Shown: positions 1 to 10,839 of the stretch, piece by piece
How the letters are laid out: every line of letters starts with the position of its first letter
Position numbering within the stretch: the first letter of the stretch is position 1
Origin: Histomonas meleagridis 2922-C6/04-290x
Taxonomy: Eukaryota > Protista > Parabasalia
Length of the DNA stretch: 64,000 nucleotides
Direction: 5' to 3'
Assembly (NCBI GenBank): GCA_020184695.1
Contig: JAANOX010000055.1
Span: 186,001 to 250,000, forward strand
Made by a program: the position numbers and the translations under genes
Notes under the pieces: generated by a model
Told to the model about the DNA's origin: nothing
What the model saw: only the letters and a program-made list of their open reading frames with translations
Databases searched by the model: none

Positions 1-847
1 CAATTGCTGTCTCATTCACTAAATCAAAAAATGAATCATTTTGTTCACATAAATGAATAATTTCTAAATTTCCTCCTGCAATTGCATAACGAAATGTTTT
101 GTAAAGCTTTGCATCATTTAATAACAAATATTTAAAACATTGAACTGATCCAAAATATGCTGAATAATTAATTAATGTTGGATTACTAAATAGTAACGAA
201 GATTTTTCATAAATACATGGTTTAATTCTTTGATTAAAATTAAAATTTGCTTGTGATGCTATTTGTTGTAGTTTATCAACATCATCATTTCTAATAAATG
301 TTGCAATTGCCATTGGATTAACTCCTTCTTTAATGTAACTTTTATGAAATTTCAAATCAAGTTGGTAAAGTGTATCAACATATTTTCCAAATTTTTTTAT
401 ATCTTTATCAGAAATATTTAATATTTCTTCTTTTGTTTTATAATGTGAAAAATAAGGTTTTGTTAAGTTCTTTTGAAAATGTGCAATAATGAGTTTTTGT
501 GCAATCATCTTTCCAATTAAATAATATGATTCTCTTGTTTTTAATTCAAGAAGAAGCTTACAGAAGCATGATATTATTTTTGGATTGTTTATATTTATTT
601 CTTCTTCTGAGTTTTCGATTAACTTCAAATATGTAAGATATAAAATTGAGTTAGCCTGTCGAATTATAAATGCTGAATATATATATCTGCAGAGAAGAAG
701 ATTGAATGAATAAGGAAAATTTTCTATTTCTGAAAACAAATCCATTGTTTCTTTAACAATAGGTTTAATGTTACTTTTATTTAATGAAAAAACATTTGCT
801 TCTAATGATAGCATAAATTTTTTCCAATCAAATGTTTTTTGGTTCAT
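1..847 (-). pseudogene. DUF3447-type ankyrin-associated gene, 5' part, two frameshifts, runs off the window edge
   Basis: ATG at 847. Manual translation gives ...EGVNPMAIATFIRNDDVDKLQQIASQANFNFNQ...LINYSAYFGSVQCFKYLLLN...YAIAGGNLEIIHLCEQ, homologous to 26116..27255. Frame changes near 595-603 and 392-398 lie in A/T runs, so they could be assembly errors. Confidence 0.7.
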
Positions 848-1291
848 CCACTTACCTCACGTCTAGTATATATAAACCACCTGTAAAAATGAATTTAACC
901 ACAGAAAATAACGTATTTTCCGTTAAATTTTGATATATACCATATAGTAGTCCTGTAAGAAGACGTCAAAACTTTCAGAAGAGTAAAATATTTTTCGACC
1001 CGTAAACTCAGTGTTGCAAAACAAACAAATATTTTTTTTAATTACAAATTTAACAAGGATTTAATTGATAATAGCCTTGTTACTGATAAGGATTTAAAAT
1101 CAATAAATGAAAAATAATATTTAACAAGACAAAAGCAAAAACAGAAAATATCGAAAAAGTTAATGAATAATTTAAACGAGTTGAAGAAATTCGAGTTGGT
1201 TTTGTTGATCTGTAAAACTACTTACAGTATTTATCGAAAGCCAAGAAGTAGCATAGAAGAAGATTCTGAATTCGAATTTTCTTTTGCACCT

Positions 1292-1759
1292 TTTTCAATG
1301 AAACTTTAAAATCTGTGATTAGTGATTAGTCAATCTGGATTATCATTATAATTATATATATTAAATTATACCAATGTTTAAACGAAGAAAAATCTTTGGT
1401 AAAACATCAAAACGTTTTATTCGATCACAATGTAAATTACGTACTGAGGATTCATTGTAACAAAAAAATTCAAATTGTAAAACAACAAAAACAATTATTA
1501 TCATTTATCACAAACATGAGAACTTGATTTTGTAAATTTTCAATGAAACTTTAAAATCTGTGATTAGTGATTAGTCAATCTGGATTATCATTATAATTAT
1601 ATATATTAAATTATACCAATGTTTAAACGAAGAAAATTCTTTGGTAAAACAAAACGTTTTATTCGATCACAATGTAAATTACGTACTGAGGATTCATTGT
1701 AACAAAAAAATTCAAATTGTAAAACAACAAAAACAATTATTATCATTTATCACAAACAT
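1292..1759. repeat. Tandem direct duplication of about 225 bp (1292-1517 and 1537-1759)
   Basis: The copies are identical except for a 3-nt indel (aaaacatcaaaacg vs aaaacaaaacg) and one substitution, and are separated by 19 nt. Confidence 0.95.
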
Positions 1760-1788
1760 TTTCAATTCAGTTTACTTTCAAACATTGC

Positions 1789-2997
1789 TTAGAACTCATA
1801 GCCCAAGTTAGACAGCCTTATGATCACATGCTTCGAATAGGACCTCTTCACAAGCTCATCATAATTTTCATACACAACATTATAAATTGCAGATTGTTGA
1901 CTCTCAGAGCCGAACTCAATGATTCTTTGTATCACATAGTTACCAAATTGGTCGCCGACCATTTTCGCGATTCTTTCTTCTTCATATTCATCTTCGTGTC
2001 CGATTATCTCATTAAATATCTCATTTCTTTGTTGGGAGTTAGCGCGTCGGATACACTTCTCAATGACATTGGATGCGAATTTGTGTATCGAAAATTGGTA
2101 AAATGCGCCGGCAAACTTTTCTAGCAATATGTCAAAATCAGTATCGGTTCCAAATTCCAAAATACTTTGTACAACATAGTTCCCGTACTGATTGGTGGCT
2201 AAATGATCCGCACATGATAGAACTTCGTCAACTAATGGTCGAATATTCGATAATGGATATTTGTCAAATAGCTTCTGAATGACTCGACAACCCGAATTAT
2301 CAATTACAAGGTTGACAACATGTGGTTGGAGAATGGTTACAATCTCATTTATGCGATTTGGTAAGATTTCAATAAACCGTTGGACTATGTGATTGCCATT
2401 TGGTGAGGAACACATGGAAACTATGGAGCGCATCGAAGCTTTGTAGATAGAGTCGACGTTTTCACTACTTGTATGTTCCATAAATTTTTGTAATACTCTA
2501 CAACTTGATTGTTGATCAATTACGTGTTGGAGATCTGATAGAAAAAATTGTAAAAACTTTTTCTGTGCATCTTCGGTAAGATATTCACATAATTTTTGTA
2601 TGACATAATTTGAACTTGGATCAAAAACAAGGTCATCTAAATGTGGAATAAGACTGTTAAGTATAACATTACGTTCTGTGGGATCGCACGTGTCGATCTT
2701 TTGTTGAAGATAACGACAGCCTTGTCTATCTTTAGCCATATGATAATATTGAGCAGATATAAGGGTTTGATTCTGTGTAGAATATGGAACAAAAGGACTA
2801 CATAGTGAACATATACTTGATGGCGTAAGATGTTCACCGGTTATAGCTTCCCATAAATCACATTGAATGAGATGAACTTGATACATATCAGGAACATCTA
2901 TTTGTGGAATCTGTCTGTTAAGTAAAAAAGATCCAGGAGTATAACTTCTGGGAAAATTTTGGGGAATTGTGGGTGGCTCAAAACCCCTTGCACTCAT
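1789..2997 (-). CDS. Pumilio/PUF-family RNA-binding protein
   Basis: Eight PUF repeats with typical motifs (KDRQGCRYLQ, SSNYVIQK, NGNHIVQR, YGNYVVQ, FASNVIEK, FGNYVIQR). Confidence 0.92.
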   Translation of the reverse strand: MSARGFEPPTIPQNFPRSYTPGSFLLNRQIPQIDVPDMYQVHLIQCDLWEAITGEHLTPSSICSLCSPFVPYSTQNQTLISAQYYHMAKDRQGCRYLQQKIDTCDPTERNVILNSLIPHLDDLVFDPSSNYVIQKLCEYLTEDAQKKFLQFFLSDLQHVIDQQSSCRVLQKFMEHTSSENVDSIYKASMRSIVSMCSSPNGNHIVQRFIEILPNRINEIVTILQPHVVNLVIDNSGCRVIQKLFDKYPLSNIRPLVDEVLSCADHLATNQYGNYVVQSILEFGTDTDFDILLEKFAGAFYQFSIHKFASNVIEKCIRRANSQQRNEIFNEIIGHEDEYEEERIAKMVGDQFGNYVIQRIIEFGSESQQSAIYNVVYENYDELVKRSYSKHVIIRLSNLGYEF

Positions 2998-3239
2998 TGA
3001 ACCCTATTCTTATTAAAAGTGTCAAATAATTTTGACAAAATTGTCGTATCGTAAATCAAGATGAAAATTGAATATTGGATAAATTTTTAACAAAAAAATC
3101 AAAGAATAACAAAGATGAAAACGGAAAAAACCTTGGCTCTGATGTGAAAAGCCCTCCATTTTGCGGTTTTTTAACGATAGGATATTTGAGGAAAAATAGA
3201 AATGCCACATTAGGACACCCCATTTAACATTCCGTCGGC

Positions 3240-3298
3240 CGGTTTCGATCGTTATCTATTGAAAAACAAAGTTTTTCAATAGATAACGATCGAAACCG
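3240..3298. repeat. Perfect 28-bp inverted repeat with a 3-nt loop
   Basis: cggtttcgatcgttatctattgaaaaac-aaa-gtttttcaatagataacgatcgaaaccg; the arms are exact reverse complements. Confidence 0.97.
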
Positions 3299-3473
3299 CT
3301 CGCACCTTAGGTGCTCACATTTGATTCAAATTGATATATATTTTGATCGACAAAATATTTGACATAATGATGATCTTTGAGTAATAAAATACAAAATATT
3401 CGATCTATTATAACGGTTATCGATTAAAATTATTACATTTTTTGTTTGTAAAGTAGTCAAAAAGTCGATCATT

Positions 3474-4285
3474 ATGATGCAATTGCAATTCGAAACCATT
3501 AAGCAATTGTTAAAATTCAATGACAAAAGCTTCATCAAATGGGCCTCTGAGCAGGGAATCATGCATATAGACGCTGCTCAAGTAAATGCAGAAATTCAGA
3601 ATCAATCAGATTAGATTCATGGGTATCACAATCAAAACTCTCATTAAGGGGATTTGTTCACATTTTAGCATGTTGGGTAGAAGGTTATGATATAAGAACT
3701 ACATTTAAAATTACAGGTGTATGTGAACGATCAGTAATAACATGATTTTAAACTTTTCGATCTATTGCAGAAAAAGAATATCGTAAAGATATAGCTCAAA
3801 ATTTACTTGGTGAGGGGAAGGTCGAAATTGATGAAAGTCATTTTTTAGGTGCTAAATACAACAAAGCAAGTGCATTGGAAAAATAAGAAATTTGGGTTTT
3901 TGACGAAATAGACAGTAAAGCAATGAGAGTTGTCGCAGAGATTTGCGAAAATGAATCGAGAAAAGTTCTCATTTAAATTATTTGTTCAACAGTTAGACCT
4001 AATTCATAAATTTGGTCTGATGAATGGAAGGCATATAATACTCTCAATGATTTAGGTTATGTACACAGAACAGTAAATCACTCAGAAAATTTCGTAGATC
4101 CAATTACTGAGGCAAATACTCGAAAAATAAAAAATACATGGAATCTCATTTAAGAATTCCGCATAAGAAATGAGTTTAGAAATAGAAATGAGCTCAAATC
4201 ATATTTTCATGAATGGTGCATTCGAAGAAATATTGGAAATACATTCGAAAAATGCTGGATAGTGATAATTGGTGAAATTTTTTAA
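3474..4285 (+). mobile_element. Decayed Merlin / ISXO2 (IS1595-like) DDE transposase
   Basis: Manual translation: RCSSKCRNSESIR...KVEIDESHFLGAKYNK...WVF...IWSDEWKAYNTLNDLGYVHRTVNHSENFVDPIT..NT..I.NTW. VEIDES, SDEW..Y, H.TVNHS and F.DP are hallmarks of this family. It carries stops and two frameshifts; no clear TIR or TSD was found. Confidence 0.85.
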
Positions 4286-5038
4286 TAAACTAAATCATAT
4301 AATATTTTTATTAGAAAAATGGGGTTCGAAGTGTATCAGACCCTACCGATATAATATTTTGTCATTATTCACTTTTTGAAATGATTTTGATCTCCTCATC
4401 AAAAGTCGGATATTTTTATTGCCATTTTTTTCTGTTTTCAAATTCCCTATTGTTCAAAACTGCAAAACGGAGGGCGTTTTGCATCGTAACCAAAACATTC
4501 AAAAGGTGAACCTTAATCATCATTCAAAAGATACCATAATTATTCTCAACGCATATATTTTTATTTTATCATAATTATTTTAATTTCAACACATTAAAAT
4601 ATATTGTTATATTGAATATTAAAGTTAGAATGAAATAATATTTATATAAGTTTTCATCATATGATGTTTTATCATAAAATGAACCCCCAGGAAATCATAT
4701 ACAAACCCTGATTCATATAAAACTATTGTTTGTATGAACAGAATCGTTTTATAACACTAAAAAAACATTAAGAGTTTTTCACGAACATGTAGTGAATTCG
4801 TAGGTTATAATCTTTTCGGAAAAGTCTATCAAGATAAACTTTTTTATGATTTTGTTGTTAAACAACATCGATGTTTGCATTGTTTTTGAGTTTGTTCATT
4901 GCTATCTATTTAGACATAATCTTTTCACGAAAGGATATTTAGATACATTATATGCAAAAAACAGAATTAATAATTTCAGTTAGTTAAAAAATGTATTTAT
5001 ATAAAAACATGTCAATTTGAAAGAAATATTTCGTTTTC

Positions 5039-5914
5039 TTAGGCATTACGAAGCACTGAGTAGCCGTCGGCGACCGGATCGGACTTTTGGCCTCTTCGTT
5101 TACTGCTTTTATACAAAACATAAATGATGCCGATAATTAGTATTATCAAACAAAAGTATGGAAAATATTTGGCTTTATACCAAAATGAAGAGTAGAATTT
5201 GTTCCCAACTAAAACGAACCCGCGAAAGCGATTTGTAGGTTCAATGATCCGATTTGATGATGTCGAAATGTAAACACTTTTTCTTGATGCATATGAGTAT
5301 GTCCTAATTTTGACAATGCAGTTCCTTTGTGTAGTGGATGAAGAAGCCTCTCCATAAATAGCGACATCATTGAAGTTTACTTTATCATTATCATCAAGAT
5401 GTGTATAATAAGAATATGTAATTTCAGGCGCATAAGCAAAAACAGCACAAACTGCTTCCTTTGTAAGTGTGTAAGGCCATTTTAATCCGCCTGATAATTT
5501 AAGAGAATCCCCTGGAATATTTGAAATCCATAATCTCCCAGCGCACTCTTTTGGAAGGGCAACAGAGGTAAATGCTACATATCCAGAATCAATAGCTTCT
5601 ATTGTGATTGTTCCATAATTTGGAAGATAAAAGTATGTTAAATTTTTACCACTTAATTTTTCACTAGCTTCGATAACATTATGAGACCCATCAAGATATT
5701 TAACTGAAGCTTCGATGTTTTTAAACGTTCTGAAAATTAATAATAATCTTGGATAATTACTTTTAATCTCAAAACTTTGGCCTTGCATAAGTGAATACCG
5801 TTGAAACACAAGCTCGTTTGTAATTAGAATTTCATTTATTGCAGAACAAGTCTGCAATAAAGCGAAAATTATCATTTGTACACCAATACGATTAAAAGTC
5901 ATTGAAAGGTACAA
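5039..5914 (-). CDS. Hypothetical type I membrane protein (signal peptide plus C-terminal TM); likely start ATG at 5875
   Basis: MIIFALLQTCSA leader; hydrophobic YFPYFCLIILIIGIIYVLY followed by KSSKRR. Confidence 0.65.
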   Translation of the reverse strand: MYLSMTFNRIGVQMIIFALLQTCSAINEILITNELVFQRYSLMQGQSFEIKSNYPRLLLIFRTFKNIEASVKYLDGSHNVIEASEKLSGKNLTYFYLPNYGTITIEAIDSGYVAFTSVALPKECAGRLWISNIPGDSLKLSGGLKWPYTLTKEAVCAVFAYAPEITYSYYTHLDDNDKVNFNDVAIYGEASSSTTQRNCIVKIRTYSYASRKSVYISTSSNRIIEPTNRFRGFVLVGNKFYSSFWYKAKYFPYFCLIILIIGIIYVLYKSSKRRGQKSDPVADGYSVLRNA

Positions 5915-7509
5915 ATCGTTTGTTTCCTATAATGGGGTGTCCTATTTTTTCAAAACTTTACTCACCCATAAGAACGTTTATTAAAGGAATGGAGGAAATT
6001 TACATAAGTTCTGGTTCTGATTCCGAAGATGAAATTAATAATTACGTTAATAAGCAAAACAAAAGGATACACAACCATGCTCGCAATGGATTTAATGCTG
6101 TTGTAGGATTGATTCCACCATTTAATTTTAGATTTAATCAAGAATTACCTCCAATGCCTCAAAGAGTTCGTGGAAGGCGAATTTTTCGTATGCCACGAGC
6201 ACCAGCAATGCATCCTCCAAATAAACCTAAAAAAACAAAAGAAGTTTACGTCAACAAAATCATTCGCGGAATTAAATGTTCGATTCTAAAAGTGAATTAT
6301 AATGTTTTATCCAAACTCAAAGAAGCACAACAAGTTCGGCCTGATTTAAATCTAGCCAGAGCCTCAACTTTTTTCAAGATGGTAAATGAAATGAATGGAC
6401 CTCCGCCAGACAACATTATTGACAGAGTTATATTAGCATCTGTAGAACTTAGTACGCCATCATCCAATTTTAATAATGAGTGTTTATTGTTCATCCAGAA
6501 TCTTTATCCAAGCATTTCCATCCAAAACCTCAAATCTGAGCTTTCTAAATGTCATCATAACATTTCTGAGACAATTACCTCAATCAATAACAACCCAAAA
6601 ATCCCAAAAATCCGCAAACCGCGGCAAGCAAATACCAATTTAAAGTTCACAGACATCATAGTTTCAGCTCAACTCGAAGCCATCTGGTCCGCTGATGAAA
6701 AGGAACAAGAAATCGAACGAAAGAAGGAAGAAGAAGAACGTTTAATGCTTGAAGCCGCAGCTGACGGCTCATTATATGAATGTGAATGTTGTTTTTGTGA
6801 GTGTCCTATGGAACGCTTAGTGCAGTGTCCAGAAGGTCATCTTTTTTGTTTTGAGTGTGTTCGTAAACAAATCGAAACATCGATTTCTGAGGGTCGAACA
6901 GATGTGCCATGTTTACATTGTGGAGGATGTGATCAAATGGTACCAATGAGTGAGTTAGAGCGTTCTATGCCTGAGTCTGTATTAGCGCGATTATCGCAAG
7001 CCGAAACTATGAATGCGATTATCTCCGCTAACATTAGTGGCGTTGTCAAATGCTATAAATGTGGTTACATGGCGATAGTTGATGACGACGAAGAAAAAAT
7101 GATTTGTCCCGAATGTAAAAGTGAGACATGTACTAAGTGTCAATGTCAATATCATCAAGGAATGACATGCGAACAGTTCCGAGATATTGATAAAGACCGA
7201 CAATTGGAAGAAAAAATGAACGAAGCGGTCGTCCGAATATGTCCGAAATGTAAAACGCAATTTGTTAAGGACGAAGGATGCAATAAAATGGAATGCCCGA
7301 GATGCCATACATGGATATGCTATTGGTGTCGTAAGGTTATACCGAAAAGCGTCGGATATAATCACTTCTGGAGAGGAGAAGTCGGTGTTTGCCCCCCAGA
7401 TAAATGCCCGTTGTGGGTGCAGAATAACACACTCCACGAAATAGAGGCCGAACAAGTGAAAGCGTTAAATCAGGATGTGCCGCCCCCGCCCCCGCCGCCT
7501 AAAAGATAA
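5902..7509 (+). CDS. RBR (RING-IBR-RING) E3 ubiquitin ligase, RNF216/TRIAD3-like; likely start ATG at 5989
   Basis: CECCF...C..GHLFCFEC RING1, IBR Cys cluster, CPKC...KDEGCNKMECPRCHTWICYWCR RING2 and the HF...CPLW tail typical of the RNF216 group. Confidence 0.85.
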   Translation: MKGTNRLFPIMGCPIFSKLYSPIRTFIKGMEEIYISSGSDSEDEINNYVNKQNKRIHNHARNGFNAVVGLIPPFNFRFNQELPPMPQRVRGRRIFRMPRAPAMHPPNKPKKTKEVYVNKIIRGIKCSILKVNYNVLSKLKEAQQVRPDLNLARASTFFKMVNEMNGPPPDNIIDRVILASVELSTPSSNFNNECLLFIQNLYPSISIQNLKSELSKCHHNISETITSINNNPKIPKIRKPRQANTNLKFTDIIVSAQLEAIWSADEKEQEIERKKEEEERLMLEAAADGSLYECECCFCECPMERLVQCPEGHLFCFECVRKQIETSISEGRTDVPCLHCGGCDQMVPMSELERSMPESVLARLSQAETMNAIISANISGVVKCYKCGYMAIVDDDEEKMICPECKSETCTKCQCQYHQGMTCEQFRDIDKDRQLEEKMNEAVVRICPKCKTQFVKDEGCNKMECPRCHTWICYWCRKVIPKSVGYNHFWRGEVGVCPPDKCPLWVQNNTLHEIEAEQVKALNQDVPPPPPPPKR

Positions 7510-8047
7510 TGTTATTAAGATGTAATTGATAATATATCTTAATATGTTAGTAAATGTTATATATAGTTTTATTTTAGTTGAGTTATTTTTATGAATGAGC
7601 AAGTGTGTAATGTTGGCGTTTCTAAAATTGGAGAATTTTTGAGTTTATTCTTGTTTCGGGATTATTTGTGCTAATAATTATTGGAATTGTAATTTGGTTT
7701 ATTAAAAACAATAAACAAAAAAGAATGCAAAAGTTTCTAGGAAATAAGTGAGAGCTGATTGAAGATGATTAATGGATTTAATAGAAATTTTATACAAACA
7801 ATTTAAATTGTTTTAATAATTATTGTTAATACACTTTGATTATTGATATATTATAGTTAAATCATGTGGCGATAAATTTGATAGAGGAAAAAAAAAAATC
7901 ATAAAAATAATAGGTAATTTACGTCAAATGGCTCCAATATTCAATTCAATCTTCAACAATTCACAATTAACAATTGTTTACAATATATTTTTTCGATCAC
8001 AACACACAAAAATTAATTCATTACACTTTTCATAAAATGATAATTTA

Positions 8048-9377
8048 TTATTTCGCTTTTCCCTTATTTTTCTTTAAATTCCAGTAATTATTCACAATTC
8101 TTTTTACCTCTGCATTTGAGCAGCATTCCATAATGATTTCGTACGCTGTTTTCCCGTTCAAAGCCTTCTGATTTAAGTCTGCTCCGTGGCTCAGTAAGAA
8201 CTCAATGAACTCTGGCGTCAATCTTTTAGAATCGATGGCTGTTTCAAGTAAAATCGAAGTGTGGCCATCTCTACCAACAGCATTAATGTCAAGACCGCAT
8301 TCTTTAGGATTAACCAAATAATCAATGATTTCGATCATCGATTCTTGATTTGCAACAAATGATGAAAAAGTGGCAATTCGCCCTTTGTCATCAACTTCTT
8401 TATAATCAGCACCTCTTTGGACTAAGAACTTTAACATTTCAAGATTTCCGGTTTGTGCGGCTGTATGGACGGCATTTAGAAATTAAAAAATTAAACACCA
8501 AAAATTAATAAATGAATATTAGAACCTCTAAAATGTATGTCTGCTCCTTTGTTAAGTAATAGTCGTACTAAATCCATGTCACCTTGCTTGATTGCTAATT
8601 GTAATGCACATGAACCATTGGCATCAACATAATTAACATCAGCACCTATATCTATCAATGGGCCAACTGCATCAAACAAACCAATTGCTATACATTGCAT
8701 TAATGGAGATAATTCTTTTTGAATGCCTGAAGTAGGTTTAAGTCCTCGACGTAAAAGAACTTCAAGGCATCCGATGTTCTTCTTTTTAAGTGCCATCTTA
8801 ACAACGGCTTGTGATTTAGCTTGATCTTGACCTAACGTGGCGCCATGATCAAAAAGTGACTCCATTAGTGAAATGTTACCTGAAATGGATACTAAAAATA
8901 ACGGAGTGTGATCCGAATTAGGGGGTGATCTGTTACAATCGGCTCCATGTTGTATAAGGTATTGACCGCATTCGGTACTACCATTTAAACATGCATAATG
9001 AAGTGGGGTATAATCATGAAAAAATTTAATAAACTAGGCGTTAACGAATTAACATCAATTCCGTATTCTTCATGAAGTACAATTAAACATTCTAAAGAAT
9101 CAAAAAATGCGGCAATATGGATTAATCCAAGTTGAATCGATGGAACATTATTCTGTAAACTTTGTGTGAATGGATCTCTGGGATTTAAAAATTAAACATA
9201 CCTTAGTCGAAACATACAATCCTTTGCTAACTTTTGATTGACCTTTAAAATTTTGACCATATCAGAACAAGAATTAAAGGCAACGCGAGAAACAAGTCGA
9301 TCGTAGGATGTTAATTCTTGTTTTGACACGAGGTTTGTCTCTGGATCTTCAAAATAGAAATTTCTCCTTAGAAACAT
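8048..9377 (-). CDS. Ankyrin-repeat protein split into 4 segments by one canonical intron and two non-canonical interruptions
   Basis: ORFs 9192-9377, 8491-8865 and 8048-8437 plus the linking sequence translate to consecutive ankyrin repeats (LIHIAAFFDSLEC, YTPLHYACLNG, HTPLFLVSISGN, LSPLMQCIAIG, NAVHTAAQTGNLEMLKFLVQRGAD). Confidence 0.85.
9178..9201 (-). other. Canonical 24-nt spliceosomal intron GTATGT...TTTAAATCCCAG
   Basis: GTATGT donor and TAA exactly 7 nt before the end of the AG acceptor, as in trichomonad branch-point/3' site fusion. It contains the in-frame TAA that ends ORF 9192..9377; removal gives ...FRLRDPF. Confidence 0.85.
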
Positions 9378-9447
9378 ATTTTCTCGCTTTTCGTATTAAA
9401 AAAATTTCACATAACATTTCTCGGCTCCTGGGATTTGCTAATAACCT

Positions 9448-10839
9448 ATGGAGCCTGGATACAAAATAAGCACAAATAATAGTTTAAGCAAATTTTCCAA
9501 GCTCAACACAGAATATTATGAAAAAGAACTTAAAAGAAATTTGAAATATTCAGAAAGATACAAAGATTTAATTAATGCTTTTTTGAAATTAGTTCATTAT
9601 ACAAATGAAGAATTTGATCGAATTGAGATTAGAAACGCACTTCTCGAATTACCAGATTTAATACAGCCATTAAATGAAGATTCACTTTCAGTTCCCTCAG
9701 AAATCATTTTTTTTCTTCTTGAACTATTTAAAACTCAGTTTCCGAATCCTGAAAGTATAACAATTACAAATCAACTTCTCATTATATTTAATCGCATCAT
9801 AATTTCTAATTTAAATACAGTCGATATTCTTCTTCAACATGATTTTCTTCCTATCTTAATGAATTGCTATCCATTTCTCACTACGCAAGTATCACTTGGA
9901 TCATATATTCAGCTTTTGTATACATTAATTCATCTCGAAGATGAAAATATTTTAAACTTTTTTGCACCACAATTTATAATATCATTGGGTAATAGAATTG
10001 ATACAAGTGGTCCATGCAAGTTTTGGCTTGATTGTCTTGATGAGATTTCCAAAAAACATCATCCACCAGAAGCAGTCCAAGAATTACTCAATCTTTTTTC
10101 AAATCTTTCAAATAAATTTCGACATGAAAGTTCTTTTCTTGCGAAAGTTTGTTGGATTCTTTCCCATTTGATTCAAAACAATGAAATTAATTTACAACAA
10201 TTTGAAGAACTTTCATTTCCACATAAATTAATTGAGTTTTATCAAAGTGATGATCATCGTTTAATAAGTGCATCAGTCGCAACGATAGGCTATTTGTATT
10301 TAAAATATGGCTATAAAATATCCGAATTTAATATTGTGTTGTTATGTAATGTGTGTACTGAGTATAAAACTCAAAAAGTATTTCGAAGTTCATTTTGGAC
10401 TTATTCATTATATGTTGAAAATGATACAAAATATATTGTTGACATATTTGAATCTAATTGTCTTGAATTTTTTAATATTTATTTCGATGTTTCTTATGAA
10501 TTAAAAAAGGAAATAGCAATTTTCATTGCGACAATTTTAAAATTTTCTACACAAAATGAATTACAAATGATATTAAACTCTTGTTTTTTACAAATCGTTT
10601 ATGAGTCATTAAGTTTTGAAAATATTAATTTTGTTGAAGTTGCTTTAGAAGGTTTAATTAATATTGGAAAAATGGTTCAAGAGTTATCAATCGTTGAAGA
10701 TTTTGTCAATACAATAAGCAATTACATAAGCGAAGACATTATTGATGGAATTTGCGAAATAAATGATAATAAAAACATTATAAATTTGGTTGGAATTATA
10801 GAAAATGAATATCCTTTTGTATTCGGAATTTGTAAATAA
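9448..10839 (+). CDS. Helical-repeat (ARM/importin-alpha-like) hypothetical protein
   Basis: 463-aa open frame with Leu-rich helical periodicity and ARM-like segments (KVCWILSHLI, LKKEIAIFIATI, VALEGLINI). Confidence 0.6.
   Translation: MEPGYKISTNNSLSKFSKLNTEYYEKELKRNLKYSERYKDLINAFLKLVHYTNEEFDRIEIRNALLELPDLIQPLNEDSLSVPSEIIFFLLELFKTQFPNPESITITNQLLIIFNRIIISNLNTVDILLQHDFLPILMNCYPFLTTQVSLGSYIQLLYTLIHLEDENILNFFAPQFIISLGNRIDTSGPCKFWLDCLDEISKKHHPPEAVQELLNLFSNLSNKFRHESSFLAKVCWILSHLIQNNEINLQQFEELSFPHKLIEFYQSDDHRLISASVATIGYLYLKYGYKISEFNIVLLCNVCTEYKTQKVFRSSFWTYSLYVENDTKYIVDIFESNCLEFFNIYFDVSYELKKEIAIFIATILKFSTQNELQMILNSCFLQIVYESLSFENINFVEVALEGLINIGKMVQELSIVEDFVNTISNYISEDIIDGICEINDNKNIINLVGIIENEYPFVFGICK

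Larger units (their letters stand above)
3131..4493. repeat. Degenerate inverted repeat pair of about 75 bp (3131-3207 and 4420-4493) bracketing the transposase remnant
   Basis: Left gccctccattttgcggttttttaacgatagg aligns to the reverse complement of the right copy, gccctccgttttgcagttttgaacaatagg, with weaker similarity extending both ways. Confidence 0.7.

Noticed and set aside
3209-4345. Terminal inverted repeats GGACACCCC / GGGGTTCGAAGTGTATCAGACC for the Merlin-like element
   Set aside because: The match needs two gaps in 20 nt and no target-site duplication is visible.
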